Below, one piece after another: positions 39,301 through 54,714 of a DNA stretch of 64,000 nt (position 1 is its first letter; the number at the start of each line of letters is the position of its first letter). This stretch comes from the human T2T-CHM13v2.0 reference genome, Homo sapiens. A program made the translations under genes and the position numbers. The notes under the pieces were generated by a model. The model was not told the origin of the DNA, made no database searches, and saw nothing but the letters and a program-made list of their open reading frames with translations. The DNA lies in NCBI RefSeq assembly GCF_009914755.1, contig NC_060936.1. One strand, written 5' to 3'.

Positions 39301-40739
39301 TCGGAAAGCTAAAGCAGTTCCATGAATGGAAGATAAGGACTAGCAGGTATAAGGCTCACACTTAATCTCTGTTACCAAGGGTATCCTTGGTATCTGACAG
39401 TGAGTCAGGCCAAATAAAGATACTCAGGTCAAGGTGTCAAATATTCTGTTTAAGAATGTGAAGAGATAAAGAATGAGAAGAAGATAAATTCTACTTCCCT
39501 TTTAGGAAGTAGCATTTATTTATAATGCTATAGTAAAATAATCTTTTCAGAGACTATTTTAATGTGTGACAGGGTATTTAAGACAAAAGGGAGATCCTGT
39601 TGAGGGGTATATTTTAATTATTCCAGGTTTACTTTTGTTACACAGAGAGACAGCCAACCAACTAGGATCATCTTTGTTCGGGGGAAAAATTATTGTAGTT
39701 GTCTCCTTTATTATATAAATGCCCATTGTCTTAAAAGAGTCATATTCAAGAACTGGGTGGTTATACTAATTAATTAAGGAGATGGGCTTCCATTATCTGC
39801 CATGCACTATGGATGAGGATAGAAAAAGTTGAACAAGAGTCCTACAATGATGGTACCTGCATTCTACTGGATTAGCAAAAGATATAACCCATCCTCTTAT
39901 GATATACCAAACTGATACTGAAAAAAAGGTAAGTTAATTTGATAAATGAGCCCATGTCCTCCTGGAAGGGAAAATGGATAACCCACTTCCTGTATCCCAA
40001 GATTTGAAGTTAGAGAGAACAGGGCCACACAGATAAAGATCCAGTGAGAGAAAAGGACAATTAATTCCACAAAATAAAGAGATCTTATGGAAGGAGTAGA
40101 TTTAGGCTGGCAGACTTGTTTAACCCATGGACACAAAGACTGGTTTCACGTCGCTGGTTTCTGTGTAGTGTGTCGCTGGCTGACGTAGGGAGCCAGAGAT
40201 TACCCCAGCACAAAACAATGGCTAAAGAGGCACATGAAGTACAAAGCACTCTACCTTCACAAACAACTGGTCCTGGACAGTTTTCTCAGCAGTGGAGAAT
40301 TACAGCAGCAGAACTGCACAGAACCACTCTTCAACAATGACACCATCTGGCAGTATGGAGTAATGACAGCAGTGGACTGGCAGAGGCCATTTCTTTTCTC
40401 TGGCATTTCAAGGAATATCAATTCCATTTAGACTATATTAACTCCCATGAGTTTTGAACAATTTGGTGTAGGCGGAAGTCCAAAGAGGGCAATTCTGGAA
40501 TTGACCATATATGGTTCATGACCATATATGAAATATTGTAAAGAAATAATAATTGAGAGTACATGTACTGCATGGTTACTTCATTCATGAAAACAGTACT
40601 CTGATTTTGTTCAAGTACTGTGTTGCCAGATAAATATCCATGGAAGATACTTTCCTCCCAAAGCTGCAAAGATGAATCATGATTTGCCTGCCCCTTTGGG
40701 TGATGAATCCTATTCTTTTCTGCTGTACTTAGTTGCATT

Positions 40740-41090
40740 GAGTCTATGGCCAATGAGCTATATGGGAGAATTTGGGGGAGGTTAGCCCCCTGAGAAGAGA
40801 TGACACTGTGGATGAGGTCCCTTTTCTGCCCACTCTATCTTCTCTGCTTGAGATGCTGGCGTCTGAGAACATGATGCTTGGGGCTGTGGAGCCATTTGCA
40901 GTCAGTAGAAAAAAAGCCAAGAAAATCATAAACATGTGGATGCCATAAGCTCTCAGAGCTGCTGAACAAACCCAGCACTGCCTGTGTCCCAAGATGTTGT
41001 GTTATGGGTGATTAAATGTCTTCAGTATTTTAGATATTAGTAGTTGAACATACTGTTATTTTTAGCAGAAATCTTCCCAAATGGACATAT
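40740..41090 (+). mobile_element. MLT1H/I-like LTR remnant
   Basis: tggccaatgag...atgatgcttggggctgtggagccatttg...gagctgctgaacaaacccagc. Confidence 0.55.
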
Positions 41091-41489
41091 TTTTGTGCTT
41101 TTGCTATAACAAATTGTCCATAGATCAGTTTTCTCTAGTGACATAACCTTCAAAGCACCACATATGCAAAGATAATCTTATCATAATTGCGGTTAAATAA
41201 ATCCCCATGTAGTATGTCTTGAAAAATGTGCCTGAGCCAGCATCATGGTGTCTTCCACACTGAACATGGTATAGCAGCAGCAGAGGTGCCCAGATATCGA
41301 AGTGGTCCTACCATCGCCTGGAGCTTCCTGAGTATAAATAATTCTCATGCATCAAGAAAGTAGAGACTTAGAAAGGAGAACCACTGGACTTTATGATAAG
41401 CAGAAGGAAAAACAATCACGCTAATCACACTAACCAGATAATCAGACAAGGGTAGTTGACTTGGGAATTCTACCATGATGAGATGACCA

Positions 41490-41490
<1 letters not shown>

Positions 41491-41525
<35 letters not shown>
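41491..41525. repeat. (CA)n microsatellite
   Basis: Pure run. Confidence 0.95.
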
Positions 41526-41530
<5 letters not shown>

Positions 41531-43479
41531 CTGCACTATATTAATGTCCTGTATCTGAGATACAACTCAATCCAAAAATTAAGTGTGAGAAAATTTTATC
41601 AGCATTTACTGGTATTTTCTCAAGCATTCTGGGCAATAAAACTCAAAAGACAACCTGAGTCATATAGTCATATATAAACATAGAAGTTTCCATTCTTCCA
41701 GAGCTGAGTTCATGGATGGAAACTCATACCTACTACAAAAAAAAGAAAAATGCTAGGAGCAGCTATTCAAAGAATAACATTTTCTTCGTCACACTATGCA
41801 TACATCAAATTAACACACGGCTTATGGAACATGGAAGGTTAAGAAAATAACCTTTAACGTGACAGCTAAATGAAATACTGCTTAAGACTGGTAATGGCAA
41901 GACAGTTATATACATTTTGTTCAGTCAATGTATCCAGAAATAGCTCAGAGCTTGAAACTAATACTGGATAAATGTCATTGGCTGGGGAGTTAGTTTGTAC
42001 CAGGGAAGGCCTGGACTCAACATTTTGCATCCTCTGTTTTGCCTCATCCTCACAGACCTACAGACAAAAAATTCTATTTATGCAAATGTTGTTTAATGGG
42101 CCTCTGGTAGACGGGTCAACTTGGGAGAATGTGCTTAAGTCTTGGGTATATTTGCTGGATGGAGTATAAGTTTTAATAACCTTAATGCTATATTATAACT
42201 AAAAATGTGGCTGACAGAAAGTAGGAGGAGGCCAGATGGGAACAAAAGGAAGAGTGATAAGATACGGAAAGCTCAAGCATCTTCACTTACTAGAGTGGCA
42301 CATCAGTGTGTTGCTGAAAGGCAAAAGAACAAGTAATGGAGACATTAGCACCTTCTGTGGAATTAGGAAGGTGATACCAAGAACAACTAAAAGCAATCCT
42401 CTCACTCCCTGAAGGAGAGGGGCCATGTGAATAATTATAGAATAAAACCTCACCTGTCCTGTGGGAATCCCACAGGCATTACCTAACGTCGATAAATGCT
42501 ATCATTATGATATTCTGGAAGATAATACTGGAAAATTAAAGACTAAAATTATTAAAAGAGCCTTCTTTGGTAGAGAAGAATAGGAGGAATATTGAAATTT
42601 TTCACCAAGAATTTGTCTGTAATATGTACTTGTGTCATGTATGTTTCATGGTAACACATCAAGGATACATTTTATATAGGCATAAAAGCATTTACTTGCA
42701 AGGATACTACCCAAATTGAACATGATATGTGTTTTTGGAAGACTACAGTTTGCTTTATTCAGAAATAAAATATGTTCCAAAATTCCAAAGGAATATTCCA
42801 AAATATGCCAAACCTCTCTCAACCTCTCTTTTCCCCCACCCTTCCAATGAGTTAGTTTGGATTTTGAAATATATTGACATGTAGCCAGAAGCCTGGTGAT
42901 TTTACCTGGGAAATAAATTCTTTATCACTTCACTTTTCTTTCTGATACCGCACTATGCTTGGGAGGATGACCAGCTGCCCATCCAAAACAGACAAGGCAA
43001 AGGTCTCTGGGCCCCAGGGTGATGAGTTTGCCTTTCCCCCAGGGTTGCTGTGGCTCTCAGAAGGCAGCAGAGACTGGTGGGTGGACAGTCATATGCTGTG
43101 AGGTTGGTCACTGGCCCCACTGGTCCCAGGACTCAATCACATAATCAGGTGAGGATGAGAATGGCTTATTCCCACGGGCTCTGGGCCTAAGGAGAAAGAG
43201 GCTTTGCCGATTGTGAGTGTGTATGCAGGGGAGGCATCCCCGAGACAGCAGCCCCCATGCCTGGTGGGATGGGTTTGGAGCCCGAGTCAGAATCAACCAG
43301 GTGGGGAAGGAGGCCCAGTGAATGAAGAGTCGGCTTTGCAGAAGCCTCAGGCAGGAGAGGGACAATATCATCCTGGCTTTCTTTTCTTCCATAATCACGT
43401 TTCACCTCACTGTATTGATAGAAAAACAAAGCTATAAAATTTCAAACTCCATAAATTTTCAATATCGATGTTTAAAGAA

Positions 43480-44560
43480 GTGTTTTAGCACCAGTATGAC
43501 AAAGGTTTCAATGTCAAAAATCCACTTAAATATAATTGGAAGATACAAGAAAAGCCATAGGGCCAAATGTAAAAGAGGGCTCATAACAACAAAAGGATGG
43601 GGCATGTCAAAGACACAGGGGACAACCCGAAAAAGCTCTCAAGGACTAAAGTGGAAACAACTGGAGTAACCAAACATAAAGTAAAAAGATCCATGAGTCC
43701 CTACTGATATAAATAAATGACGGAACAGATAAATGGGAAGAACAGATAAATCTCCTTTAAGCAAGAATTACAAAAAATTTATGTAGCCACTCTCTCTCCT
43801 TTCTCTGGGAGGTGGAGTTTAATTCTCACCATCCCTCCCCCGGATGAGAGTTGGATTTAGTGATTTGCTTTCAAAAAATAGAGCTGGAAAAGTGTAAAAA
43901 GAATAATGTTAGAATGAAGAAATACGGTGAACACTACCCTGAGCAGGTGATCAAGATTAACATCAACAATGACAAGTCATATTGACAATATGTGGCCTTC
44001 ATAGGATGTGGTGAGAATGGCACTTTATGTCTGTGGTCTTCTTCCAAAAACACATAACCTCAGTCTAATCATGAGAAAAAAAATCAGACAAACCCAAACT
44101 GAGAATATTCGATAAAATATTAGTAATACTGGCCAATCCTCCTCAAACCTCTCTTAAGGTAATGGCCAAAAAAACAAGTCTGAGAAGCAGCCATGAGTGG
44201 GCATAGATGAAGGAGTCATGATGATTAAATTCAATGTGATATTTGGGTTTGGATCCTGAAATGAGATCGGCAGTAAAAAAGCTGGTGAAATACATACAAA
44301 AATTAGCTGGGTGTGGTGGCACGCACCAGTAGTCCTAACTACTCAGGAGGCAGAGGTGGGAGAATCGCTTGAACCTGGAGGTGGAGTTTGCAGTGAGCCA
44401 AGACCAAGCCACTGCACTCCAGCCTGGGTGACAGAGTGAGACTGTCTAAAAAAAAAAAAAAAAAAAAAAAAGCTGGTGAAATACAAATAAAGTGTGGGTT
44501 TTATTGAATAGCAACATACCCAAGTTTAGTTTCTTAGTTATGATAAATGTACTATTGTAC
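43480..44560 (+). mobile_element. L1MC/L1MD-type 3' region
   Basis: gagtccctactgatataaataaatg, caggtgatcaagattaacatca, cagtctaatcatgagaaaa...cagacaaacccaaactgag. Confidence 0.75.
44295..44464 (+). mobile_element. 5'-truncated Alu (linker plus right arm) with long TSD
   Basis: AAAAAAGCTGGTGAAATACA at 44275-44294 and 44465-44484. Confidence 0.92.
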
Positions 44561-46314
44561 CTGATAGAGTGAAAACCTGATCTAATTAGAAATACAAAAT
44601 TCTCTCCTAACTAGGAAGGGTTCAGTAAACTTCACAGATTTTGCTTTTTCTAGGTGGGATGTATTCTTAGGGGCCAGAGCACAATTGCTCATAGCATTGA
44701 TGGATAAATGGATGTTCCACTCCTTGCCCTTCTTAGCCAAATTAGTCTTTGTATTAACTTTGAGCAAACATTTAAAGAAAATCAGTGGAGGGGTGCCTGT
44801 GTCTCCTTCCAGGACAATCCATGTGCCTGAAGTCTTGCTTACTGGGCAGGAGGTGTTATTATCCCTATTTAATGTATGAGGACCCTGGAGCTCACAGTGG
44901 GAACATATTTTACTCTAAGATTTGTATCTGTTGGACCAAGGCCAGCATTCTCAGATCGCAGTGCTTCTTTTTCTGCACTGTCCACTTTTTGAGCTCATAT
45001 ACCCGGTGCTTGGTTTGATGTTTGGTTCAATGAATTAATGTACAAATGGGAGCATCAGATGGTGCAACCCAGGCCTCCTCAATCAAGGGCCCCGGAAACA
45101 CCCTACCCTGCAGCCTCCTTTTCAATGCTTTCTTGGAATATCCTCAAATTCGGTCACTCAGGTGACTTTGCTGAAAAGAACAAATATCTTTTGGGAATAC
45201 AGAGACATATCAGTCATTTATACCTTGACTTAGGTAGTTTGATCAGCTTTGTACACCTTGATGAGAGACTGACAGAGAACTTGGCTTTCTCTGAGTGGAA
45301 AAGATAGAGGTCATGGTGAGATAATTCCAGGGTCTGGAGTTGAGTGGTGGGTGGGCGTTGATGAAGAGATCTTTCGACAGAGTGTAAGATAAGAAGACAG
45401 GGTAAGCTGGAAGGAAGAAATTTAGGAGACTAGATGGGAGTGAAGAAATAGACAGTGAATGACATCATTTTTAAGCCAGCCTACACAAAGGCCACTGAGT
45501 TAAACTTATACAGATAGAAGTAAAAAAGGAAAGTGATCATCTGACCACAGGAGTGAGAAGCAGGGCCCAGCCCAGATGCAGTTAGGTAAACAGAGCAGAG
45601 AGGCTGGGCTGAGACCACACGTGAAGCATCACACCTGGTTGGTTGCTCTGGTAACAGGCATGTCCCTATTCTCAGGGCGATAATGTTATGCTGAGGAAGA
45701 AGGAGTATTCAGAAGTAACAGTGATTGGGGTCATGGCGGCACGTAGTCTGTGAGCTGTTTTTTAGGGACAGTTTGGGGGGAAGTTTCAGAGTAGTCTTCA
45801 GAGATGATGAAAATGAAAGGATCCACTACAGCCTCACATTGTGTTATGGCTTCTTGGAGCTGTCACATGCTCATCAGGCCCCTAGTCCAGTGAGGGTGAG
45901 CCAGGTGTCTTTGACTCCACACTCCTTGCCCCGTCCTATCTGTGCGTCTGTGTGAATAGAGGCCTTTGGCTCCAAGTAATGACATTTAGTAAGGGCGTTT
46001 GAATCATGGAAGGCCAACCTTTCTTGATGGGTACTAAATAATATAATGGAAAAGTTTTTAATTACACCATTAATTGCCTAGTTGTTTAATTGTTTGGCTT
46101 CCCAATGGAGTCAGTGTGGAATTTTATTGCCTGTACTTCACATTAGATAATAAAGGGAGAGGAGCCTTTAACAACCACATTAGATTAAGTTAAAACAGAT
46201 GGGTTTTTCCATATATATTAGTTTCCGTTAATGAAAGACAGGTCTACACTCAACAGGTGATTACCTTTCCACAGCTGAGCTCCAGGAGCTGAGAATCTGC
46301 TTAAATTGACTTAG

Positions 46315-46671
46315 CAGGGCTCAGGAAATGGCATTCTGAAGTCCAAATCTAACACACCACCTAGTTTTGTAAGAGCTATGAATTAAGAATTACTTTTATA
46401 TTATTAAATGTTTAAATTAAATTGAAACAAGATATTATTTTGTAACGTATGCAAATAACTTAAAATGGAAATGTCAGTGTCTATACATAAAGTTTTATTA
46501 GAACTAAGCCAACTTCATTTATTTGCATATTGTCTGTGGCTACTTTCACATTATAAGAGAATCTAATAACCTTATAACAGAACTATTGAGCATGATGTTA
46601 TGTTTAGGTGCAACAGAGACCTACAATATTTACTATATAACTCTTTACAGAAGATGTCTGCCAACTTCTGG
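46315..46671. mobile_element. MER58B (hAT-Charlie)
   Basis: ccaaatct...cacctagttttgtaa, taaagttttattagaac, atatttacta...tttacagaag...tgccaacttctg. Confidence 0.75.
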
Positions 46672-46749
46672 ATTAGAGAAACAGCTTTTAAAATCTCATT
46701 TTCTTTCATTTTGAGGAATGATTTCGACATCTCTTTATTTATTCATTTT

Positions 46750-47115
46750 TTTCTCAGTCTGTTTGTGATGCTATAACAGAACACCTGAGATAGCTCATTT
46801 ATAAATCATAGAAATTCATTGGCCTATGGTTCTGGGGGCTGGAAAACACAAGAGCATGGCAGTGGCATCTGGTGAGGGCCTTCTTACTGCATCATCCCAT
46901 GGCAGAAGGCTGAGGGCAAGTGAGGGCAGAGTGAGAGAGTGCAAGAGAGGGACAAACTTACTTTAAGAGAAACCCACTCCTGAGCTAGGACATTAATTCA
47001 CTCATGACATTAATCCACTCATCGTAACCTATTAAAGATGCCTCCTGTCAATACTATTGCATTGGGGATTAACTTTCCAACACATAAACTTTGGGGGCCA
47101 CATGCAAACCCTAGC
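46750..47115 (-). mobile_element. MSTC/MSTD-like MaLR LTR
   Basis: tctcagtctgtttgtgatgctataacagaacacctgaga...ggcatctggtgagggcc...tttccaacacataaactttggggg. Confidence 0.8.
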
Positions 47116-48829
47116 AGATTCATTAAAAAAAAAGTAAAGTACACCTGTTTTTTTTCCTTTTTCCCTGACATTGTACTCAGTACTGTGGCATCTAGAGTAG
47201 ATAATCCTCCACTCTGACAATGAGAGCATTATAGTCTGGAGTCAGAGCTCACACACTCAGATAGGCAGCCATACCAGCAGTTAAAGCCCGTAGCTGGGTC
47301 CCCTCATGAACTTAGCAGCTATGTGGATGAAAAGTGACTAAGACAGCCCCTTTTCCTGTGGAACTGTAGTCAGCTGGGCCCAGTGCTGTAAAATAGAGAG
47401 TTAAGTGAACGAGATAGCATTAAATAACCTGGGGTTTACAGAAAAGTATTAAAAGACTTCAAATTACACTTGAGCCATTAAGTGCTCCCAAGGTTAGAGT
47501 CATTAGAGGGTTAGGAAATGCTTGCAGTTTCACAATGTTACGATGTTCTTTTAGTTCACTCTTCTCCTTATGCCTGGATGAAAGGTTCTTGCTTCTTTGC
47601 TTGGATTATTTCTGCCTATTACAGGCACCACGTGCCCTGCGAATTTCCCTCTGACCAATGCAATTGCAATAAGCCTCTTCTCCAGCTCCTCGTAGCTTGG
47701 AGCTATGACCCACATATCACTTGATTAGATCTGGCTCTTTTCTACACTTTTCCTGTGATTGACTCTGAGTTCTTTGAGGAAAAGGATGATGTTCTGTCTC
47801 TCTCTGCATTTCCAGGGCTTAGTACAGTTCTTGTAACATAGCAAGTGATTAATGTTTTTGATGAGTAAATGTGAGAAGGGGTCACACATCCAAAGGACCT
47901 CAGAGACCAGTCATATAATGTATTTAGAGAACAGCGAGTGGTGAGGACGGTGGGTGGACAGCCCCATCTGAAAAGGCACTGGATCCTCAGCTCCAGCTGC
48001 TTCCTTCCTTCCATGGGGGCAGGTGGGGCCAGTAGGATCAGAGTTTCTGATTTTTCAATAGAAGTCAAAAATTTGTGCTGGAAATACTTCCGAATTTAAA
48101 TTTGACTCTTAAGTAAGTTGACTTTTAGCAAAAGTCAGGGGCCAGATTAAGTTCATGACAACATTTCAGCAGGAGTACAACCTGAAGAGTGGCATCAGAG
48201 GGACTCTTAAATGTCAAATGAACCATTTAATCCAATCCAGTCATTGTCTGTTTAATCCAATAGTACTTTTTCTGTGGTCACTCCCTGGCCTGGTTTCAGA
48301 CAGCTGAGCAAGATTTGGAAGGATGTCACATACAAAATATCCAGCGAGCTGGCTGGAGTGCAGTTAAAGAAGTGCCTGAAATGTCTCTAAAGTAAAGAAA
48401 ATGCTAATGGCCCTTTTGACTGGTGGCAGTTGACTCCTGTCATTTGTCTTCATGGGCTCATGAAAAGGGGATTTTACTTTAAGCTGCATTCTTGACTGCT
48501 GTTGCCCTCATACATCTGCAGAGATATTAAAGTCCCAGCTATGCTGAATTTCTAAAGGCCGGGATGGGCATTTGGTTTAATGGTGTGACACCGACCAAGG
48601 AAAACAAGGTCATAAAATAAAAAAGAGATTGTGCTTCCCTAACTCATATCTTGGGGGTCAGGAATAAACGGATGAGAAAAGAAGAAGGAGCAGTTAGAAT
48701 CATATGGAACCGAGCTTTGTCTTTCGTGACTTGATGAAACTGTTTTGCAGCTGGTAACAAACCGAGCTAGTGCATTTCAGTCTATATGAATAAGAACCTT
48801 TCCTCTACCTGAAACCAAAAAGTAGTAAC

Positions 48830-49030
48830 ACTAAAATAGCAAACACAGCATTATTAGGTGCCTGATATTGTTATAGGTGTTTCCATTTATTAACTCATTT
48901 AATCCTCACAATGACCCCAGGCACGAGAAAACACTGTGACCATCCTCATTTTCCAGATGGAGAAATTGTGATCCAGAGAGGCCAAGTCACTTGCTTAACA
49001 TCACCCACCCAGTAGCTGCCCAGTCCCACC
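48830..49030 (-). mobile_element. MIR
   Basis: taactcatttaatcctcacaa...cctcattttccagatggagaaattg...aagtcacttgc. Confidence 0.75.
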
Positions 49031-49791
49031 TCACTACTACCTCCTGAGGGCAGTGGCTTTCCATTGTAGCAGAGAGAGAGACCTGTGTCTTCAGGGGCAG
49101 CACTGAATTGTCAACATAATTTACCCTCCATCTCTCTAATCTGTGTGTTCAAATAAAAAGTTCACGTAGGTTCTAGGTAAACATACTTATTTCCATTGCT
49201 TTACTTCACTTTCTTCAGAAATACCATTAAAATATAGGAAAGTCATTTTATTTTAAAAGTGGGAGATGACATAAACGCACAAGAACAAAGCAAAGGGAGA
49301 GACAATGGCAGTGATGGAGTTTGAGAGTTGCAAAATGGATTAAGTAGTTACTGACTCAGCCAACCAAAGACAGGTTAACCCGGCACCAGGGGCAACCAAA
49401 ACTAAATTAAGTTCATTGTGCAGAGAATCGAAAAGTCTCAGGTGTTGAGGGCACCATGATCAACTGAATTGAGTTGGGGGCATGAGTGTGACAGATTCCC
49501 TGAGTCTCTAGACCCTTTGGATACCATCCCCCTACCAACCTGGATGCTGCCCTGGTCACTTCTGGAGGTCAGCTGCAGAAGGCAGGCAGCCAGGCTCACC
49601 AGCTCCCTCTGCGCCCTCCCTCCAGGCTGGAGACAGAGGAGCCTGGGTGGAAATGGCAAAGAGGAAGTTGTGAATACTGACAGTGACCCTGAGATGAGCC
49701 AACCCAGCCACATCACCCTCCAGAAACATCCCCCACTTGTCAGGCCCTGCTATTGGACCCAGAGTTTCAGGGAGGCTTTTCGGTTTGTCAC

Positions 49792-50095
49792 TTTTTTTTT
49801 TTTTTTGAAATGGAGTCTTGCTCTGTCGCCCAGGCTGGAGTGCGGTGGCACAATCTTGGCTCACTGCAACGTCCACCTCCTGGATTCACGCCATTCTCAT
49901 GCCTCAGCCTCCCAAATAGCTGGGACTACAGGCACCTGCCACCATGCCTGGCTAATTTTTTTTTTTTTCATATTTTTAGTGGAGACGGGGTTTCACCGTG
50001 TTAGCCAGGATGGTCTTGATCTCCTGACCTCATGATCCACTTGCCTTGGCCTCCCAAAGTGGTGGGATTACAGGCGTGAGCCACCGTGCCCGGCC
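49792..50095 (-). mobile_element. AluY/Sc
   Basis: ttcacgccattctc and gtgttagccaggatggtcttgatc diagnostics; explains ORFs 49469-50035 and 49753-50004. Confidence 0.92.
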
Positions 50096-50257
50096 GGTTT
50101 CTCTCCTTTAAATATGAACAGTCAGCAAAGGGCCCCCAAACTCTGGAGGAAAACCTCTAACAGGAAAGACAAAGGTGGGAAGAAAAAAAAATACAACAAA
50201 ACAAAAACAACTTGGAGGAAAAGATACCCAGCAGAGTCACAAGAGAGTCAAGATATT

Positions 50258-50380
50258 AATTAGCCAGGTGTGGTAGGTGGGAGGATTGATCAATCCCAGG
50301 AGGTCGAGGTTACAGTGAGATGGCACCACTACACTCCAGCCTGGGCAACAAAATGAGATCCTATCTCAAAGAGAGAGAAA
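50258..50380 (+). mobile_element. Deleted AluJ right-arm/FRAM fragment
   Basis: attagccaggtgtgg...caggaggtcgaggttacagtgag...cactccagcctgggcaaca. Confidence 0.75.
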
Positions 50381-51066
50381 GAGTCAAAAAATCCATCCTT
50401 CCTTTTTATAAAGATGTGAGGGTCTTAGAATCTTATTGGGGAGCTTTAAAAAAATATTGTCAGTCGATGTCGTGCCAGATTATTTAAGAATCTCACTGGG
50501 GTAGCAGCTGGACCTTGGTCTGTTTTTCCAGTCCTCTTGATTCTGATGTGCCGTCAGAGTTGGAAATCACTGGTCTGGTCCAAAGTTTCTCAACCTTTTA
50601 TTCCCTAAAACCTGAGCTATAAACTCATTTCCATATGAAACTGCAGCTCTATATATCAGTGTGGCTGCAGGGCTTGTATCTCCCTCATAGGCCTTTTGTG
50701 AAGATGAAAAATATGTGTCAGCTGTAATTATTATCCCATATTTACACAAACATTTGTACTTATTTATTTCACTGGTGTCTTTTCTACCTATTACTAGATA
50801 TTTATCTCTAGACCAGAGTTTACAATCATCTCAAGTACAAGGCAGGGATGATGATAACTACCTTTTACTTTGAATAGAAATTATTTTATCTATAAAAAAT
50901 ACAGCTTGTACTGATGCCTCATAGGGTTCCCATGTCCCTCTTCCTCATCAGGGCAGACTAACCCCACCCCTACTGGTCTAGGTTATCCAAAGATATGCAA
51001 CAAGCCCCTTACCTCTCCTCACCTCGGTTTTCTCATCTGTTAAATGGGAGTATCCACTTCACAGGG

Positions 51067-51068
<2 letters not shown>

Positions 51069-51102
<34 letters not shown>
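51069..51102. repeat. Poly(T)34 within a MIR fragment
   Basis: Homopolymer between cacagggtc and gtgagg of a MIR core. Confidence 0.9.
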
Positions 51103-51103
<1 letters not shown>

Positions 51104-51852
51104 TGAGGGTACTTTTAGGTAATGTAGATAAAATGCTTTCTACTCAAAGTGAAAGGTCATTATCATCATCCCTGCCTTGTCCTTGGGATGATTGTAAACT
51201 GTTCTAGAGATAGCTTTTCAATAGTAGATAGAAAGGACACCAGTAAATGAATAAATGCAAATATTTGTGCAAATATGGTGGTAATGATTATAACTGACAG
51301 CTATATTTCATCTTCACAAGGGGCCTATGAGGGAGAAACGTAATTATCATATCCATATTTCAGATGGGGAAACTGAGGTATTTGGCAGTAAGTGACTTTC
51401 CCCAGATCACACAACTAGGAGGTGTTGGAGATGGGATTAACCCTGGCCAAGTTTGGCATCCGAATCTGCTCTTGCAATCACCGTATTTCTCAGCCGTGAC
51501 AAACCGAGTCTCTAGAAGCACAGTGCTGAGATTCACAGGTGGAAAGCCTAAGTCCCTGTGATAGGTGGGATTTGGGCTCCTGTGACCTTCTCCCCGCTGC
51601 CTTTATGCCTGAGGATATGTCACAAGGCATTGAACTGACCTGAAAATAAAGAGATTATCTTGGATGATCCAGGAGAGGCAGATCAGAAGAGGAGAGTGAA
51701 TCAGGAGAGTCCTAGAGACGCAGCAGAGGAGGCAGGAGCAATTTGGAGGGTGAGAAGGACTTGACTTGGCATTGCTGGATTTGAAGATAGAGGAAAGAGC
51801 CATGAGCCGAGGAGTGTTGACCGCCTCCAGAAGCCGCAAATGGCCCTCAGCC

Positions 51853-53254
<1,402 letters not shown>

Positions 53255-54714
53255 TCAGATGCCTTGATTTTAGCCCAGTGAGGCCTATGCTGGAATTCCG
53301 ACCTATGAAAGTGCGAGAGAATAAATCAGCGCTGTTTTAAGTCGCTGGTGGTGGCAATTCGTTACAGCATCTCGTCCATCCTTACAATGTGCTTGGGGGT
53401 GGGATGGAATCTGTTACTGCTGGTCTTTCCCCCATATCATAGATAAGGAGATTAAGGACCCCAGGGGTTAGAAACTTCCACGAGACACCCCCATGAGACA
53501 TCCAGGTCTGGTGGGCTCCAGCCTTTGGGAGTCCGTCACCAAACCCAGAAACACACGAAATGACCCACCTGCTCAGGCAAGTGGCGTGAGAATTACATGG
53601 GCTTATGTGAAAGCTCCTTATAAATGACAAAACATGACACAAATGGGAGTTTGAGATTAATTTAAAAAAAAAACACCTGTGGGTTTAATCAACCCATTGT
53701 CACCATCTAACAGAAACAAAAAGTACATTTTAGTTTATTTTTCACATTTGACTAATTTTTTTCTGATCAAATTACCATTTTGACATTCTCCATTTACTTA
53801 GCCAGCAGGTGTTCAGTAATCACAACTACCATGCTTTCTGCTTGACACAGTTTGTACCAAATTGAATCAGAAAAGACTTCTTACCTTAAGGAGTTCCTAA
53901 CTTCTGGGTGAGAGTCAGAGAAGTGGGATCATCACCCCCATCCTGTACATGGGAGGTAAGAAAGGGGACAGGAAGGTCTTCAGCCAAGTTTGCAATTCTT
54001 GAAAGAATCCTGTCTGAGACTGTGAGGCTGCAGGAGAGAGAGAAGCGGCGAGGAGAAACCAAGAAAGAGCCGGGGTCACATCCCAGCCCTGGCCCAATCT
54101 CTCTCTGACATACGGTTTCAGGAGCCCATAAATTTCTCTTTGGTCTGAGCCTTTTCTGTGTGGGCTTCTGTCACTTGCAACCAGAAGAGACATCTGTTGA
54201 ACTCAAAGGATGAGAAAAGGGTATCTGGGAAGAGAAGGAAAATGGAAAATGTTATTCCAAACAGGAGGAAGGATATACACAAAGAGACCTGTGATCCTGC
54301 AAGAACCCAGCATTGATGGGAAGAACAACAGTGTGGTCCTTGTAGGAAGCTCACTCTTCCTCCACAAGCCCAACCCAGACAGGGAGAGAGGGAGGGAGGG
54401 GCTGAGAGTCTGTGAACAGAGACTCCAAGTCCAGTTTGGTGCTAGATACAGAACTCTGTGTCTCCTTAGCTGCAGTCTGCCTCAGGGACACATTGGATAA
54501 CGTTGTGTCCTCTAGAAAGAGACACCTTGGGCTCAGGCTCACAGGCTGTCCCTCCAGGTGAGAAGGGGAACAGCAGTAGGCCAACCTGTCCTGGAGAAAG
54601 ATGCTCTGCTCTGGGCCAGAGGCTGAATATAAACTAATATTTGAGTCCTAAACACAGCCTGCCAAGTGGATAGATTTTGAGAAACTTAAATATACAAGAG
54701 AGAAAATGTTTATT

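Noticed and set aside
49469-50035. 188-aa ORF
   Set aside because: C-terminal half is antisense-Alu translation; non-ATG start
51069-51102. Poly(T)34 as a solo poly(A) retro-insertion
   Set aside because: No demonstrable TSD; slippage within the MIR explains it equally well
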